DNA of 64,000 nt from an uncultured Bacilli bacterium (GTDB lineage: Bacteria; Bacillota_I; Bacilli_A; RFN20; CAG-826): positions 19,356 to 83,355 of the forward strand of contig CALVNF010000003.1 in assembly GCA_944349595.1 (NCBI GenBank), written 5' to 3'. Numbering within the stretch: position 1 is the stretch's first letter; every line of letters starts with the position of its first letter. Positions 49,961 through 61,087 of the stretch are shown here, piece by piece. A model generated the notes under the pieces. That model searched no databases, was not told where the DNA came from, and worked only from the letters and a program-made list of their open reading frames with translations. The position numbers and the translations under genes are program-made.

Positions 49961-50950
49961 TTAATTTAAAGTAAAATAATTGCCAACTTTTAATTTAATT
50001 GTTATATCTTCTTTAAAAACTTGTAATGAACTAAAACTATTATCTACATCTTCTTGAAGAAAATAATTTTCATATTCTTCTTCGCCATCTGTTAATAAAC
50101 TAAACCAGATTCTATCGCTTACTTTTTCTCCTTCAACAAAGATATTTAAATTATAAGTATGAGTGCTTGCAAATTTAAAATCATTTATTTCAATACTTTG
50201 AGGAATATTATTTAAATCAATTTCTACTTGTTTATTATAATCCGCATTATATCCATATACTTCTTCTAAATTAGCTGTATCACTTATATTAAAAGTAACT
50301 GATGTTGGATTTTTTGATAATTCATTTATTTTTTCTTCTAGTCCATCTAAATTAACACTTATATTTGCAGTTATTGGAAGATAATCCATTGTTCCATATT
50401 CTTCTACATAAACTTCTAAACAAATTGTTGTAAGTTTAAAAATAGATGAATTTCCACTATCTGGTTGAACTTGTAATTTAATTTTACTAGATCCTGGTTT
50501 TAATAATTTTCTATTAAAAACAATATTAATTCCATCAATTTCATTACTACCACTTGATCCAACAATGTCAGAATTTAATACTAATTCTAACCTAATTGCA
50601 TCAACTGGAATTACATTTGTATCTTGAATAATAACTTTTGTAACTCTTTCATTTAATGAAGAGCAATAATCCCAAGTACTATCTGTTTTTAATTTAATAG
50701 TATATTTTGGAGGATTTTCATCACCTTCTTTTGCACATGCAAAATTATAAAAATAATTTTCCGCACTTAATCCATTATCTTCTGTAATTATTGTAAAATC
50801 TTCACTACTTACACTTGTTGTAGTAGTTGTAGTTGTTTCAGTTTTTGTATTAGTTGTTGTAGTAGAGTTAGAGTCTTCTCCGTTACAAGATGTAACTCCT
50901 AATGCCATAACTAATGTTGTAAGAAATGTTAACAATATTTTCTTCTTCAT
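49961..50950 (-). CDS. Hypothetical lipoprotein with poly-Thr linker (329 aa)
   Basis: Lipobox LGVTSCNG followed by a TTTTNTKTETTTTTTT linker. Confidence 0.5.
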   Translation of the reverse strand: MKKKILLTFLTTLVMALGVTSCNGEDSNSTTTTNTKTETTTTTTTSVSSEDFTIITEDNGLSAENYFYNFACAKEGDENPPKYTIKLKTDSTWDYCSSLNERVTKVIIQDTNVIPVDAIRLELVLNSDIVGSSGSNEIDGINIVFNRKLLKPGSSKIKLQVQPDSGNSSIFKLTTICLEVYVEEYGTMDYLPITANISVNLDGLEEKINELSKNPTSVTFNISDTANLEEVYGYNADYNKQVEIDLNNIPQSIEINDFKFASTHTYNLNIFVEGEKVSDRIWFSLLTDGEEEYENYFLQEDVDNSFSSLQVFKEDITIKLKVGNYFTLN

Positions 50951-51027
50951 AAAATCACCTCTTTTTTATTATACATTAACAAAAAATAAGTCATTATATT
51001 TTTTATTAAAAATAAAATAAGTAAACT

Positions 51028-52026
51028 TTATTTTAAGTTGTCTAATGCAAAATAAGCTGCTCCAATAATTCCAGCATCATTTTTTAAAGTCGCAGTTTTT
51101 ATAATTGGAATTGGCGTACTTTTAAAGCCATAATTATAATCTTTACAATAATCATTAATTAATTTAACTAAATAATCACCTTGTTCTGATACTCCTCCGC
51201 CAATTAAGATAATATCTGGTCTAAAAATATTACAATAATTTAAAATTCCTTCACTTAAATATCGTATGTATTTTGTTACAACTTCTTTTGCTCCAAGATC
51301 ATTAGGGTGTTTTTTAAGCGCTTCAAAAGAAACACTTCCATTTACATTATTAATATCATTATTTATTTCATCCCACATTTTAGAATCTTTATATTTATTA
51401 AGGCCTTCTTTTGTGTAATTAACAAGAGCCTTTGCACTCGCATAAGCTTCAAAGCATCCCCTTCTTCCACAAGTACATAATTTACCATTTATATCTATAG
51501 ACATATGTCCTAATTCTGCACCCATAAATTGACTTCCGGCATATAATTTATGATTAATTATAATACCTCCACCTACTCCAGTTCCAAGAGTTAAAAAGAC
51601 TACATTTGCATAGTTTTTTGCAATGCCTTTTCTAGCTTCTCCTAAAGTGGCCGCGTTTGCATCATTAAGCATAAAGATTGGTAAATTATTATATTTTTTT
51701 ATTAATTCTTTTTTAAAATTTAAGTTTTCAAGTTTTAAATTATTTGAATATTTCATAATTCCATTATCGGTATCAATTGCTCCTGGAACACTAAAAGACA
51801 TAGCAATAATTTTTTGATTATTTAGTTTCGTTTTTTTACTTAATTTAGATATTAAATTAAATATAGTTAATAAGAATTTTTCATTACTTCCATAATCAGC
51901 AGCTTTAATTTTATATCTATAAATTATTTCACCATTTTTATTTACTAAAGCACCTTTATAAGAAGTGCCACCAATATCTATTGCTAAAATTAATTCATTT
52001 CTTTTATTGTTATTGTTAAAATCCAT
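51028..52026 (-). CDS. ROK-family sugar kinase (glucokinase / mannokinase-like)
   Basis: 332 aa. ATP motif LAIDIGGTSYKGALV. ROK signature region and zinc Cys cluster CTCGRRGCFE. Confidence 0.8.
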   Translation of the reverse strand: MDFNNNNKRNELILAIDIGGTSYKGALVNKNGEIIYRYKIKAADYGSNEKFLLTIFNLISKLSKKTKLNNQKIIAMSFSVPGAIDTDNGIMKYSNNLKLENLNFKKELIKKYNNLPIFMLNDANAATLGEARKGIAKNYANVVFLTLGTGVGGGIIINHKLYAGSQFMGAELGHMSIDINGKLCTCGRRGCFEAYASAKALVNYTKEGLNKYKDSKMWDEINNDINNVNGSVSFEALKKHPNDLGAKEVVTKYIRYLSEGILNYCNIFRPDIILIGGGVSEQGDYLVKLINDYCKDYNYGFKSTPIPIIKTATLKNDAGIIGAAYFALDNLK

Positions 52027-52074
52027 TGCAAAACCTCATTATTTTTTAAAAAAATAAACATTAATAAGTTTATT

Positions 52075-53490
52075 TTATTTAATAACATTTGTAGTTTCAG
52101 GATCAAAGAAATGAACTTTATCTAGTTTTAATCTTACGTTAAATTCTTGATGTTCTTTACCATTTACTTCATTTTCAGTCTTTAAGGTTAAGTTTTGATT
52201 ATTAATACTAGAATAAATAATAGTTTCATTACCAAGTAACTCACTTAAATCGCTTTCTACTTTAATAACATCACCTTCATTTAAATTTTTACCCTTAAAT
52301 AAAACTAAATCTTCAGGTCTAATTCCTAAAATTACATATTTATTGACATAATCTTTAAGTCTATTTCTTAATTCTTCATTTAATTTTATTTTTATTTCAC
52401 TGTCTTTTAAAACTTCTTTTTTTGGATCATTTATGTCTTCTTCTACTACATAAATCATAAAGTCTTTGCCATCAAAATAACCTTTTAAAAAGTTCATACT
52501 TGGAGCTCCAATAAATCCTGCAACAAAAATATTAACTGGATTAAAATATAATTCTTTTGGGGTACCAATTTGTTGGATATAACCATCTTTCATAACAACC
52601 ATTCTATCAGCCATAGTCATAGCTTCTGTTTGATCATGAGTAACATAAACTGTTGTTGCTCCAACCTTCTTATGAATTTTTGTAATTTCAGAACGCATTT
52701 GAACTCTTAATTTTGCATCTAAATTACTTAAAGGTTCATCCATTAAAAATACTTTTGGATTTCTAACAATTGCTCGTCCTAGAGCAACTCTTTGTCTTTG
52801 ACCACCAGATAAATTAGCTGGTTTTCTTTTTAAATATGGAGTCAAACCTAAAATACTTGATGCATAATTAACTTTTTCATCTATTTGTTCTTTTGGCATT
52901 TTAACCATCTTATATTTATAAGTTGATGGGTTTTCTTCTAATCTTTTAATTTCTTCTTGGTTTTTCTTTATATCTTTTTCACGGTTTTTAATTATGTTAT
53001 TCAATTCATCTTCAGTTAATTTAATATTAAAACCATTTTTTAAAGCAAATATTTTTAATTTTGAATTATTAATTTCTTTTTTATATTTTTTAATATCATA
53101 TTTTAAGTCATTAATTTTATATTTATCAACGATTAAAATATGATTATTATTTTCATCTAATATTTCAACTGGAAATTTACGCATCTTTAAACCAAAGGCT
53201 AAGTTATCATAAACACTCATATGTGGATATAAAGCATAATTTTGAAATACCATCGCCATATTTCGATCAACTGGAGCAATATCATTAATTAAAACATCAT
53301 CTAAATATAATTCTCCACTTGTTATACTTTCAAGTCCGGCTAACATTCTTAGTGTTGTTGATTTTCCACATCCACTTGGTCCAACTAAAACAATAAATTC
53401 TTTGTCTTTAACTTCTAAATTAAAATCAAAAACTGCTTGAACATTATTCTCATATATTTTGTTTATGTTTTTAAATACAATATTTGCCAT
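52075..53490 (-). CDS. Sugar ABC transporter ATP-binding protein (MsmK/MalK type) with ~100-aa insertion in the helical subdomain
   Basis: 471 aa. Walker A and signature LSGGQRQR present. A charged insertion (aa ~105-205, nt ~52875-53180) lies between the Q-loop region FGLKMRK and the signature motif. Confidence 0.8.
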   Translation of the reverse strand: MANIVFKNINKIYENNVQAVFDFNLEVKDKEFIVLVGPSGCGKSTTLRMLAGLESITSGELYLDDVLINDIAPVDRNMAMVFQNYALYPHMSVYDNLAFGLKMRKFPVEILDENNNHILIVDKYKINDLKYDIKKYKKEINNSKLKIFALKNGFNIKLTEDELNNIIKNREKDIKKNQEEIKRLEENPSTYKYKMVKMPKEQIDEKVNYASSILGLTPYLKRKPANLSGGQRQRVALGRAIVRNPKVFLMDEPLSNLDAKLRVQMRSEITKIHKKVGATTVYVTHDQTEAMTMADRMVVMKDGYIQQIGTPKELYFNPVNIFVAGFIGAPSMNFLKGYFDGKDFMIYVVEEDINDPKKEVLKDSEIKIKLNEELRNRLKDYVNKYVILGIRPEDLVLFKGKNLNEGDVIKVESDLSELLGNETIIYSSINNQNLTLKTENEVNGKEHQEFNVRLKLDKVHFFDPETTNVIK

Positions 53491-53507
53491 AAATTCCCCT
53501 CCAAATA

Positions 53508-54491
53508 TTACTTATTTTTTATTTCATTATTAAAATTAACACTACTTATAATTACTTTCCCAAAACCATTTAATTTAACTTTACTTGCTAAACTTGTAGA
53601 AATAAATGATTCACCATATGATATTTCATATTTGTCATTAACAACTAATTTTTCCTTACATAAGTTTGTGTAGATTAAGAATTTATTATTAGTATTAATA
53701 ATTTCTTCGTTCTTTATATCTTTTTTATATAAGATAAAATATTTGTTTTCTAATATTTTATCCTTATTATAGTTATTTATATTAATAACTTTATTGTTAT
53801 ATTTTCCAATATTAACAACATCTAATGCTTTATTTATATGGAGTTCTCTCTTATTACCATTTTTATCAAGTCGATTATAGTCATAAAATCTATAAGTTAT
53901 ATCACAAGATTGTTGAATTTCTAATAATAATAAATCTTTTCCAATGCCATGTATTGTTCCAGGATTTACAATATATAAATCACCGATATTAATTTTAATT
54001 TCATTAATTAATTTATCATATTGATTATTTTTAACTAAATTAATTAGATCATTTTTATCTTTGGCATTATTTCCTAAAATTAATCTACTATTTTCACTTT
54101 TATTTAAAATTAACCAGCATTCAGATTTTCCACTAGGATAGTGTTCAATCTCTTGAGCATATTTATCATCTGGATGAACTTGAATACTTAATTTATCTTT
54201 TGTTGATATTAATTTTACAAGTAATGGAAAATTAATATCTTTAATATTATTAAATAAATCCTTATTATTTTTATAAACATCAGCTAATGATTTATTTTTA
54301 AAAGGACCATTTTTTATAATGCTAGAAAATGTATCATAACCACTACAACTCCACATTTCACCAATACTATCATTATTTGTTAAATGAAGTGTATTATGAA
54401 AATAATCACTTCCCCAAAGCGTTTCTTTAAGTGGTGATGTAAGAGTTAATATTTCTAATTCAGTTTTATTTATTTTATGATTATTTTCCAT
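53508..54491 (-). CDS. manA: Mannose-6-phosphate isomerase, type I
   Basis: 327 aa. Zinc-binding motif LSIQVHPDD and cupin fold. Size typical of Firmicutes type I PMI. Confidence 0.75.
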   Translation of the reverse strand: MENNHKINKTELEILTLTSPLKETLWGSDYFHNTLHLTNNDSIGEMWSCSGYDTFSSIIKNGPFKNKSLADVYKNNKDLFNNIKDINFPLLVKLISTKDKLSIQVHPDDKYAQEIEHYPSGKSECWLILNKSENSRLILGNNAKDKNDLINLVKNNQYDKLINEIKINIGDLYIVNPGTIHGIGKDLLLLEIQQSCDITYRFYDYNRLDKNGNKRELHINKALDVVNIGKYNNKVININNYNKDKILENKYFILYKKDIKNEEIINTNNKFLIYTNLCKEKLVVNDKYEISYGESFISTSLASKVKLNGFGKVIISSVNFNNEIKNK

Positions 54492-54538
54492 AACTTAATT
54501 TTATTAATTAACAAAAATAATAAAGAATTGCTGAGATT

Positions 54539-56212
54539 TTAAATAAGAACTATATCTTTATGTTCTACATTATCTCTAATTAATCTAATAAATTCATCGG
54601 CAGTTACAATTTCAACGTGTTCATCTAATTTATTAACTAAATCAACTACATCTTTATATTCCATGCTCCAAGGATGTAAATTAATTGCAGTATAAGCTTC
54701 AATATTACTAACATCGGTTGAATAATTATTAATTCTATTTGCGACAACACTTGTATCTGCATCCCATAAAGATTCTCTAAAAGCTACAAATGGTTTATCA
54801 TTTGCCCAATATATACTGCCTCTTCCTCCAGCATATTTATCACCATAACAATAAATTCCTCCATTTAATTCTGGAACTTTTGCATATTGTTCAATAACAT
54901 CTTTATCTGGACCACCATCAAGGATTTGAACAACACTTAAATCTGTTTTTCTTAAATAGGTTGATAATCCATTGACAAAACTTTCTAATGCTTCTTGTGG
55001 ATAAACTCTTGGATTCATATAACCTTGTCCTGAGACACTACAGACATAAAAATCATTTTCATCTCTATTATCATAAACATAATTCATTATATTTCTTCCT
55101 AAATCAGATAAACTTGGATTTATACTCCAACCCATCTTAAAATCTCCACGTTCTGCTGCTAAATATTTTTCAGACATTGGAAATGTATTATACCAAGTTT
55201 GAATATTATCACCATCAGACATCATAATTGTCACATAATGTTTGCCATCTTGTGCTACTATACTTTCATCGTCTTTAATTGGATTATTAAATCTTAATTC
55301 TCCAAAACTAGATTTTGCAGCAAATACTGACATATTTCTAGCCCAGTCGCTTGCAATCATAAATTGTCCCATTGTCGAGCATACATTTATATCAGTTGGC
55401 TCATCTACAGGAACCCAACCAAAAATAGGTGAATCTTTTTTAGCCCATGTATGAACTTTACTTCTAAATTCTAAATCATCTACTCCATTATCAGGCCAAA
55501 AGAAGAAGAATTTTCCAGCAATTCCATAATCTGTTAAAAATTCTTGTGTGGTTTCTGGATTTTGTTGAATTAATGCTGTATTATTAAATTCATTTTTATA
55601 AGTCTCAAAACAATCTTCTTCACTCATTCCTCGAGCATCAATTCCAAGTTCAAAACCAAAAGATTTTACTAAAGATTCTAAAGAAACATCAACTGGAATA
55701 TAATTTTTAATTCCAGCAATGCTTCTAGCTACATTTAGTTGTTTATTATTTGCATCATATAAAACATATTTATTAGTAAAATTATTTTTAAAATCTTTTA
55801 ACATTTCTTCAAGACTAGTATCACTAAAAGTAAATCCATAATTTTCTTTTAAATCATTAAGCCATGTATCATTACTTTCAAATTGATAATAATATTTTCC
55901 ATTTTCTCTTGAGAAAAATCCTTGAATTGCAGTCGCAATTACAAGTTCATTTTTATTTAAAGCTTTAGATTCTCCAACTTGAAAATTTCTAAAAACTTTT
56001 AATTCTTTTTTATCATTAATTTTTGTTTCTAAGTAATAAGAAAAGTCATCATCATAACCAACATCTCCATTACTTGTTGTTGTAGTTTGAGTATTAGTGG
56101 TTGTCTTAGTTGTATTATTACTTGATTGACTTAAATCATTATTATTACAAGATACAATTAGAGTTGACATTAAACTTAATGATAACATTAATAATTTATT
56201 TACTTTTTTCAT
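54539..56212 (-). CDS. Large surface lipoprotein of an unrecognised family (557 aa); paralog of 56285-59197; candidate novel glycan-active enzyme
   Basis: Lipobox LIVSCNNN plus a T-rich linker. Blocks shared with the 970-aa paralog: DGKHYV..SDGDN..W, W(S)I(N/T)PSL, VSGQGY, G(G)IY..G.KY.G, W(A/I)(N/D)(D/G)KPFV, INLHPWS. Confidence 0.5.
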   Translation of the reverse strand: MKKVNKLLMLSLSLMSTLIVSCNNNDLSQSSNNTTKTTTNTQTTTTSNGDVGYDDDFSYYLETKINDKKELKVFRNFQVGESKALNKNELVIATAIQGFFSRENGKYYYQFESNDTWLNDLKENYGFTFSDTSLEEMLKDFKNNFTNKYVLYDANNKQLNVARSIAGIKNYIPVDVSLESLVKSFGFELGIDARGMSEEDCFETYKNEFNNTALIQQNPETTQEFLTDYGIAGKFFFFWPDNGVDDLEFRSKVHTWAKKDSPIFGWVPVDEPTDINVCSTMGQFMIASDWARNMSVFAAKSSFGELRFNNPIKDDESIVAQDGKHYVTIMMSDGDNIQTWYNTFPMSEKYLAAERGDFKMGWSINPSLSDLGRNIMNYVYDNRDENDFYVCSVSGQGYMNPRVYPQEALESFVNGLSTYLRKTDLSVVQILDGGPDKDVIEQYAKVPELNGGIYCYGDKYAGGRGSIYWANDKPFVAFRESLWDADTSVVANRINNYSTDVSNIEAYTAINLHPWSMEYKDVVDLVNKLDEHVEIVTADEFIRLIRDNVEHKDIVLI

Positions 56213-56284
56213 AATTCACCTAACTTTCTAATTTATTATTTTAGGGCTAGAACAATTTCTAGCCCTAAAATATTTGAGATTTTT

Positions 56285-59197
56285 TTATGCAGAAACAGTT
56301 TCAAAATAATCTAAATTACAGGCTTCACCAACACCATTGTTATTGCCACCATCTCTTGCTTCAAAGAAAACAGTAACTTTTGTATTTGCCCAATCAACAT
56401 TTGGATCTAAAGTCTTTAAATTAACACTATTTGTTGTATTATTTAATTCATTTCTTGCAACATTCCAATCAAATAATACATAATATTTTCCATTTGCATA
56501 TAGTGAGATTTTTAACATTGCACCAGTTGGATTATCACTTTGGACTTTATAATTTAAAGTAATGTCATTTGAATTTGGCAAAGTGTAATATTTTGCCATC
56601 CACATATTTGTATTACCATTTCTTTTTTCATCACCACCGCCATCAGAGCAGTCGATTTGAATAGTTCCTGTTTGTTCAAAACTTTCTCTATCAGTTGTAC
56701 CCCACCAATAGTATTGACTTGTTTGATATTGTTCTCCAAGTAACCAGTCTTCTGTTGATTCATCAAAAGTATTATCATAAATATCAACATTACTTAAATC
56801 AATTGCTGGATCAACACTTCTTTCTGTAACAGTTACTTGGTCTAATCTAATTCCAATATCGCTATTTGAAAGAACTTCAATAGAAATAATGCATTCTTTA
56901 TTTTTATAATCTTCAAAATATTGAGAAATTGGGAAACCAAAACATTGCCAACCATTACCAGTTACATGTTGCGTTCCAGTTCCTCTAACACCATTTAATG
57001 TCGCATTTTCAATTACGACTTTTTCTTCATCACCGATTTTAACACTTACTTTAATATATGCTTTTTGGTTTTCATCCTGACTATCACCTCTTGCATTAAA
57101 TGAAATCCAATAATCATCAATATTTGGCAATGTAAATGCTTCTTTTACAGCTTTACTATCTTTTGCAATTGAAATATTACCTTTATATATTGCACCAACA
57201 TTACTACTTGCTGCATCGCTTGAATTATAACTAACTCCGCTTCCAGACCAATCTTCTTCCCATAATAAGAAATCGTTGAATAATGGATCTACTGGAATCA
57301 AAGATGGATTTTGTCTTAAATAATCTTCACTAATTGAGATACCATTTTTTTCAGGTATATCAAATGTTTGAGTATTTTCTGCATGATCAATATTATCAGT
57401 CATCATTTGCATAATTCTATCAACACTACAAACTTCTATATTGTCATTTAACATTCCAACAATTGTTCTAATATCTTCATAGCTATGACTCCATGGATGA
57501 ACGTTTATAATTGAATAACCATCAATGCTATGGATATCACTTTCGTATGTATTTAATCTTGCAGCAATATAAGCAGGGGTTGTTTCCCATAAAGAATCTC
57601 TTGGACCGACAAATGGTTTTCCATCAATCCACATAACCCCTCCTTGGACACTTCCAAAATATTTACTACCATCATAAACAATGCCACCAATTACATTATC
57701 TGCACTGGCATATCCTTTTAAAACTTGAGGTAAATTTCCTTGCGAATTTCCACCAATTACTGTTACGGTTCTAAGACCGGATTTACCCATATAAACATCT
57801 AATTTTGAACAAAAATCTGCAAAATAAGATCCATTATCTTGAGCTGCAAAGTTTCCTGCATTGATATAACCTTGACCAGAAACTGGGGCACAGAAATAAT
57901 CATATTGGTTACTAATTGTATTATAAACACTATCAATTACATCAGGCATTAAGTCAACTAATGATGGAGTAATTGACCAAGTAACTGGGAATGTATCATC
58001 TTCTCGACCACTTGCATTCATATAATTTGTTGCAAATGGAGCGGTATTTTGCCAATAAGTTGCATTATCTCCATCACTTACAACAAATGCAACATAATGT
58101 TTTCCTTCTTCTGCTGGTTTATCAACATCGCTATTTGGTTGAGTAAATGTCTTATCTGCAAATATATCAGCAGCATGGAATGTTAAGTTACAAGTATAAT
58201 CAGTTGGAACTAAAAATTGTCCATATTGAGAGAAAAATGCTACATCAATATCTTCGCTAAAAGCATAACCAAATATTGGACTATTATCATCTAAAAATGA
58301 ATGAAGTGTCTTTTTAAATGAATTAGAAACTGCAGTTGTATCATCATAATAAATATGGAAAAATTTATTACAAATACCATAATCTTTCAAATATTTATTA
58401 GTATAACCAGTTCCATCATTATAATTTTGATGAATTAACCCTTTTGGACTTAATTCACCTAAAACAATATTAAATAACCAACGATATGATAATGCGACAT
58501 TATCAAGATTAAATTTTTCAACCAATCCTAAATCTTTATAAAATTCAACATCATCAATACTAACTGGAATAAAACCGGTAATACCAGCTAGTGTTGCTGC
58601 AGTATTTACACTAAAATTACCTGGTCTATATAAGATATAGCCAGGAGTTGAATATCCTTCACCACTTGTTTCAGTATATGCGGTTACACCAACTGTATTA
58701 TTATAACTTTCAAGAGGAATTGAACTTCCCCATGTATTTTCTTTAACCATATCTGACCAAGAAGCAATATAATCTTGAACAGCTTTTGTAAGAGTTATTG
58801 AAGTATATTCAAAATCATATTTTTTACTAGTTTCTTCAAGATAATATAAATCTGTATTAGTACCATTTGTTACATAAGTTGAATCAACATAATAAGTTAC
58901 TTCTTTTCTTGCAAATAAACCTTGTATAGCTTGAGCTGTATATAATCTATCATTACTTGATAATTCTTGATCGATTAATTGTATTCCTTTTGATGTATCA
59001 AAATGTGTATTTTGATAATATGAAAATGTATCTGGTGTAGGTGGTACATCAGGAATTGTTGTAGTATTAGTAGTAGTTGTGTTATTAGTTGTAGTTTGAT
59101 TACTTGATGAAGTATCACTTCTATCACAAGCAGTAATTGTTAAACTTAATAACAACAAACCAGTTAAACTGAGTAATTTTTTCTTGCTTTTTTTCAT
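56285..59197 (-). CDS. Large surface lipoprotein (970 aa); N-terminal ~600 aa paralogous to 54539-56212 plus a ~350-aa C-terminal extension (possible carbohydrate-binding modules)
   Basis: Lipobox LTITACDR plus a T/N-rich linker. Same conserved blocks as the 557-aa paralog (EGKHYVAFVVSDGDN, WSITPSL, VSGQGY, WIDGKPFV, INVHPWS). Confidence 0.5.
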   Translation of the reverse strand: MKKSKKKLLSLTGLLLLSLTITACDRSDTSSSNQTTTNNTTTTNTTTIPDVPPTPDTFSYYQNTHFDTSKGIQLIDQELSSNDRLYTAQAIQGLFARKEVTYYVDSTYVTNGTNTDLYYLEETSKKYDFEYTSITLTKAVQDYIASWSDMVKENTWGSSIPLESYNNTVGVTAYTETSGEGYSTPGYILYRPGNFSVNTAATLAGITGFIPVSIDDVEFYKDLGLVEKFNLDNVALSYRWLFNIVLGELSPKGLIHQNYNDGTGYTNKYLKDYGICNKFFHIYYDDTTAVSNSFKKTLHSFLDDNSPIFGYAFSEDIDVAFFSQYGQFLVPTDYTCNLTFHAADIFADKTFTQPNSDVDKPAEEGKHYVAFVVSDGDNATYWQNTAPFATNYMNASGREDDTFPVTWSITPSLVDLMPDVIDSVYNTISNQYDYFCAPVSGQGYINAGNFAAQDNGSYFADFCSKLDVYMGKSGLRTVTVIGGNSQGNLPQVLKGYASADNVIGGIVYDGSKYFGSVQGGVMWIDGKPFVGPRDSLWETTPAYIAARLNTYESDIHSIDGYSIINVHPWSHSYEDIRTIVGMLNDNIEVCSVDRIMQMMTDNIDHAENTQTFDIPEKNGISISEDYLRQNPSLIPVDPLFNDFLLWEEDWSGSGVSYNSSDAASSNVGAIYKGNISIAKDSKAVKEAFTLPNIDDYWISFNARGDSQDENQKAYIKVSVKIGDEEKVVIENATLNGVRGTGTQHVTGNGWQCFGFPISQYFEDYKNKECIISIEVLSNSDIGIRLDQVTVTERSVDPAIDLSNVDIYDNTFDESTEDWLLGEQYQTSQYYWWGTTDRESFEQTGTIQIDCSDGGGDEKRNGNTNMWMAKYYTLPNSNDITLNYKVQSDNPTGAMLKISLYANGKYYVLFDWNVARNELNNTTNSVNLKTLDPNVDWANTKVTVFFEARDGGNNNGVGEACNLDYFETVSA

Positions 59198-59210
59198 AAT
59201 CTTCTCCCTT

Positions 59211-60137
59211 TTATTTCATTCCAGCAATATTATTTTGACTTAAGAAGTATTTTTGGAATACTCCGTAAACTGTAATAATTGGTATAGTAATTAATATCAT
59301 GCCAGCGCTTCTAACAAAACCATCTGCATAATTTCCAAGTCCTGGATAAAACTTATACATAATAAGTTGTAAAGTTTGAACTGGACTTCCACTTGATTGC
59401 ATAATTAGAGGCCATAAATATTCATTCCAAGTACTTACGACTGTTAAAATAACATATGTAATAATGACAGGTTTACTCATTGGAACAATTATTTTAAATA
59501 TCTTTTTAAGTTCATTGCATCCATCCATTTCAGCACTTTCTAATACTGAATTTGGAATTGTTTGCATGTATTGTTTTAATAAGAAAATACCAAATACATT
59601 AACAATTCCTGGTAAAATTAAACCAAAAACGTTTTGATTAATTCCCATTTTTAAAGCAATAATATAATTTGGAATCATCAATACTTCACCTGGTACCATC
59701 ATTGTTGCAAGTAATAATCCTGAAACAATTTTCTTTCCTTTAAATTCAAGTTTAGTCAAAGTATATGCAACAATTATTGCAATAAATAATGAGATAGCTG
59801 TAAAACATACAGTATGACAAATTGTATAACCTAACGCCATCCAAAATCCACTTACATTCATTGCTGTCCAATAATTAGCAAGTGTAAAATTTTCTGGCCA
59901 TAAGTATAAAATATCAGCATTTGGTATTGTTTCTGGCGCTTGAAATGAGTCAATAAGTTTTAAATAGAATGGAAATACTTGGCAAAATGCAATAAATGTT
60001 AAAAATACATAAGCAAAAATTTTAAAGCCAATACTTCCTGCTCTTTTTGATTTTCTTTTATCGACTCTAAGAGCAATATTATTAGAGGTTTCAAAATCAA
60101 TTCTTCTAACAACTTTTTGTTTATTATTATTATTCAA
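59211..60137 (-). CDS. CUT1-family sugar ABC permease (MalG/UgpE type)
   Basis: 308 aa. EAA motif ESAEMDGCNELKKIFKIIVPMSKP. Confidence 0.8.
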   Translation of the reverse strand: MNNNNKQKVVRRIDFETSNNIALRVDKRKSKRAGSIGFKIFAYVFLTFIAFCQVFPFYLKLIDSFQAPETIPNADILYLWPENFTLANYWTAMNVSGFWMALGYTICHTVCFTAISLFIAIIVAYTLTKLEFKGKKIVSGLLLATMMVPGEVLMIPNYIIALKMGINQNVFGLILPGIVNVFGIFLLKQYMQTIPNSVLESAEMDGCNELKKIFKIIVPMSKPVIITYVILTVVSTWNEYLWPLIMQSSGSPVQTLQLIMYKFYPGLGNYADGFVRSAGMILITIPIITVYGVFQKYFLSQNNIAGMK

Positions 60138-61059
60138 TTGATTTTACCTCCTTTCCAGAAATAATTCTTTGGATAATTGTAAATATTAAAATAATTAAAA
60201 ATAATATTGTTGCATACGCACACGCTCGACCAATTTGTCCATCTTGAAATGCGGTATTATAAATATAAAGCATCTCACTTGTTGTACCATAGCCGCCTTG
60301 AGTAACAAGTTGCATTGGTCCTAAAATCTTAAATCCATCAATAATCGATAAAATAACATTTAAAATAACAGCATTTTTCATTAATGGTAGAGTTATTTTA
60401 AAAAATACTTTACTTTGAGATTTACTTTCCATAATTGCTGCTTCTTTATAAGTATTTGGAATACTAATTAAAGAAGAATAATAAATTAACATTTTTGTAG
60501 AAAATCCTAATAAAAATGGCATAATCATTAATGAAATTAATGCATATGACTCACTTGTTAACCATTGTATTGGCTCTCCTCCAAATGCCATTACTATCTG
60601 ATTAGCTAGTGATGAATTTTGTGATCCGAATACCATTTTAGTAACATCACTTCCTACAACACCACTAACTAATGATGGCCAAAATAATAATCCTAAGAAT
60701 AATTTTTGTCCTTTTTTAATTGAATATATTAAAAAAGCACATAATAAAGCCATCAAATTATTTCCAACGGTCATTACAAGTGTCCAAACAATTGTAACAC
60801 CCATTGCCGACCAATAATCTTGATCAAATCTTGGATTAGCTATATCAAACATTCTTATATAATTATTAAGTGTAAATTCAATCTCACCACCATTAGCAAG
60901 TTTTGCTAATGTTACGTTTGTAAAAGACATAACTAAAGCTGCAATAAATGCGATTACAAACCATATTGTCCACCAAGACATTGGAAAAGCTAAAAGCCCA
61001 GTGGCTTTTAGCGCTTGTCTATGCTTTCCAATTCTTCGTTTTTTAACTGAGATTTCCAT
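60130..61059 (-). CDS. CUT1-family sugar ABC permease (MalF/UgpA type)
   Basis: 309 aa. EAA motif KEAAIMESKSQSKVFFKITLPLMKN. Overlaps the downstream permease by 8 nt. Confidence 0.8.
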   Translation of the reverse strand: MEISVKKRRIGKHRQALKATGLLAFPMSWWTIWFVIAFIAALVMSFTNVTLAKLANGGEIEFTLNNYIRMFDIANPRFDQDYWSAMGVTIVWTLVMTVGNNLMALLCAFLIYSIKKGQKLFLGLLFWPSLVSGVVGSDVTKMVFGSQNSSLANQIVMAFGGEPIQWLTSESYALISLMIMPFLLGFSTKMLIYYSSLISIPNTYKEAAIMESKSQSKVFFKITLPLMKNAVILNVILSIIDGFKILGPMQLVTQGGYGTTSEMLYIYNTAFQDGQIGRACAYATILFLIILIFTIIQRIISGKEVKSIE

Positions 61060-61087
61060 AAAATAATTAAATAATTATTATTTAGTT

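Noticed and set aside
56554-56790. Same-strand alternative-frame 78-aa ORF inside the 970-aa lipoprotein gene
   Set aside because: Entirely nested in a long, conserved coding frame with no RBS, so it is probably non-coding.
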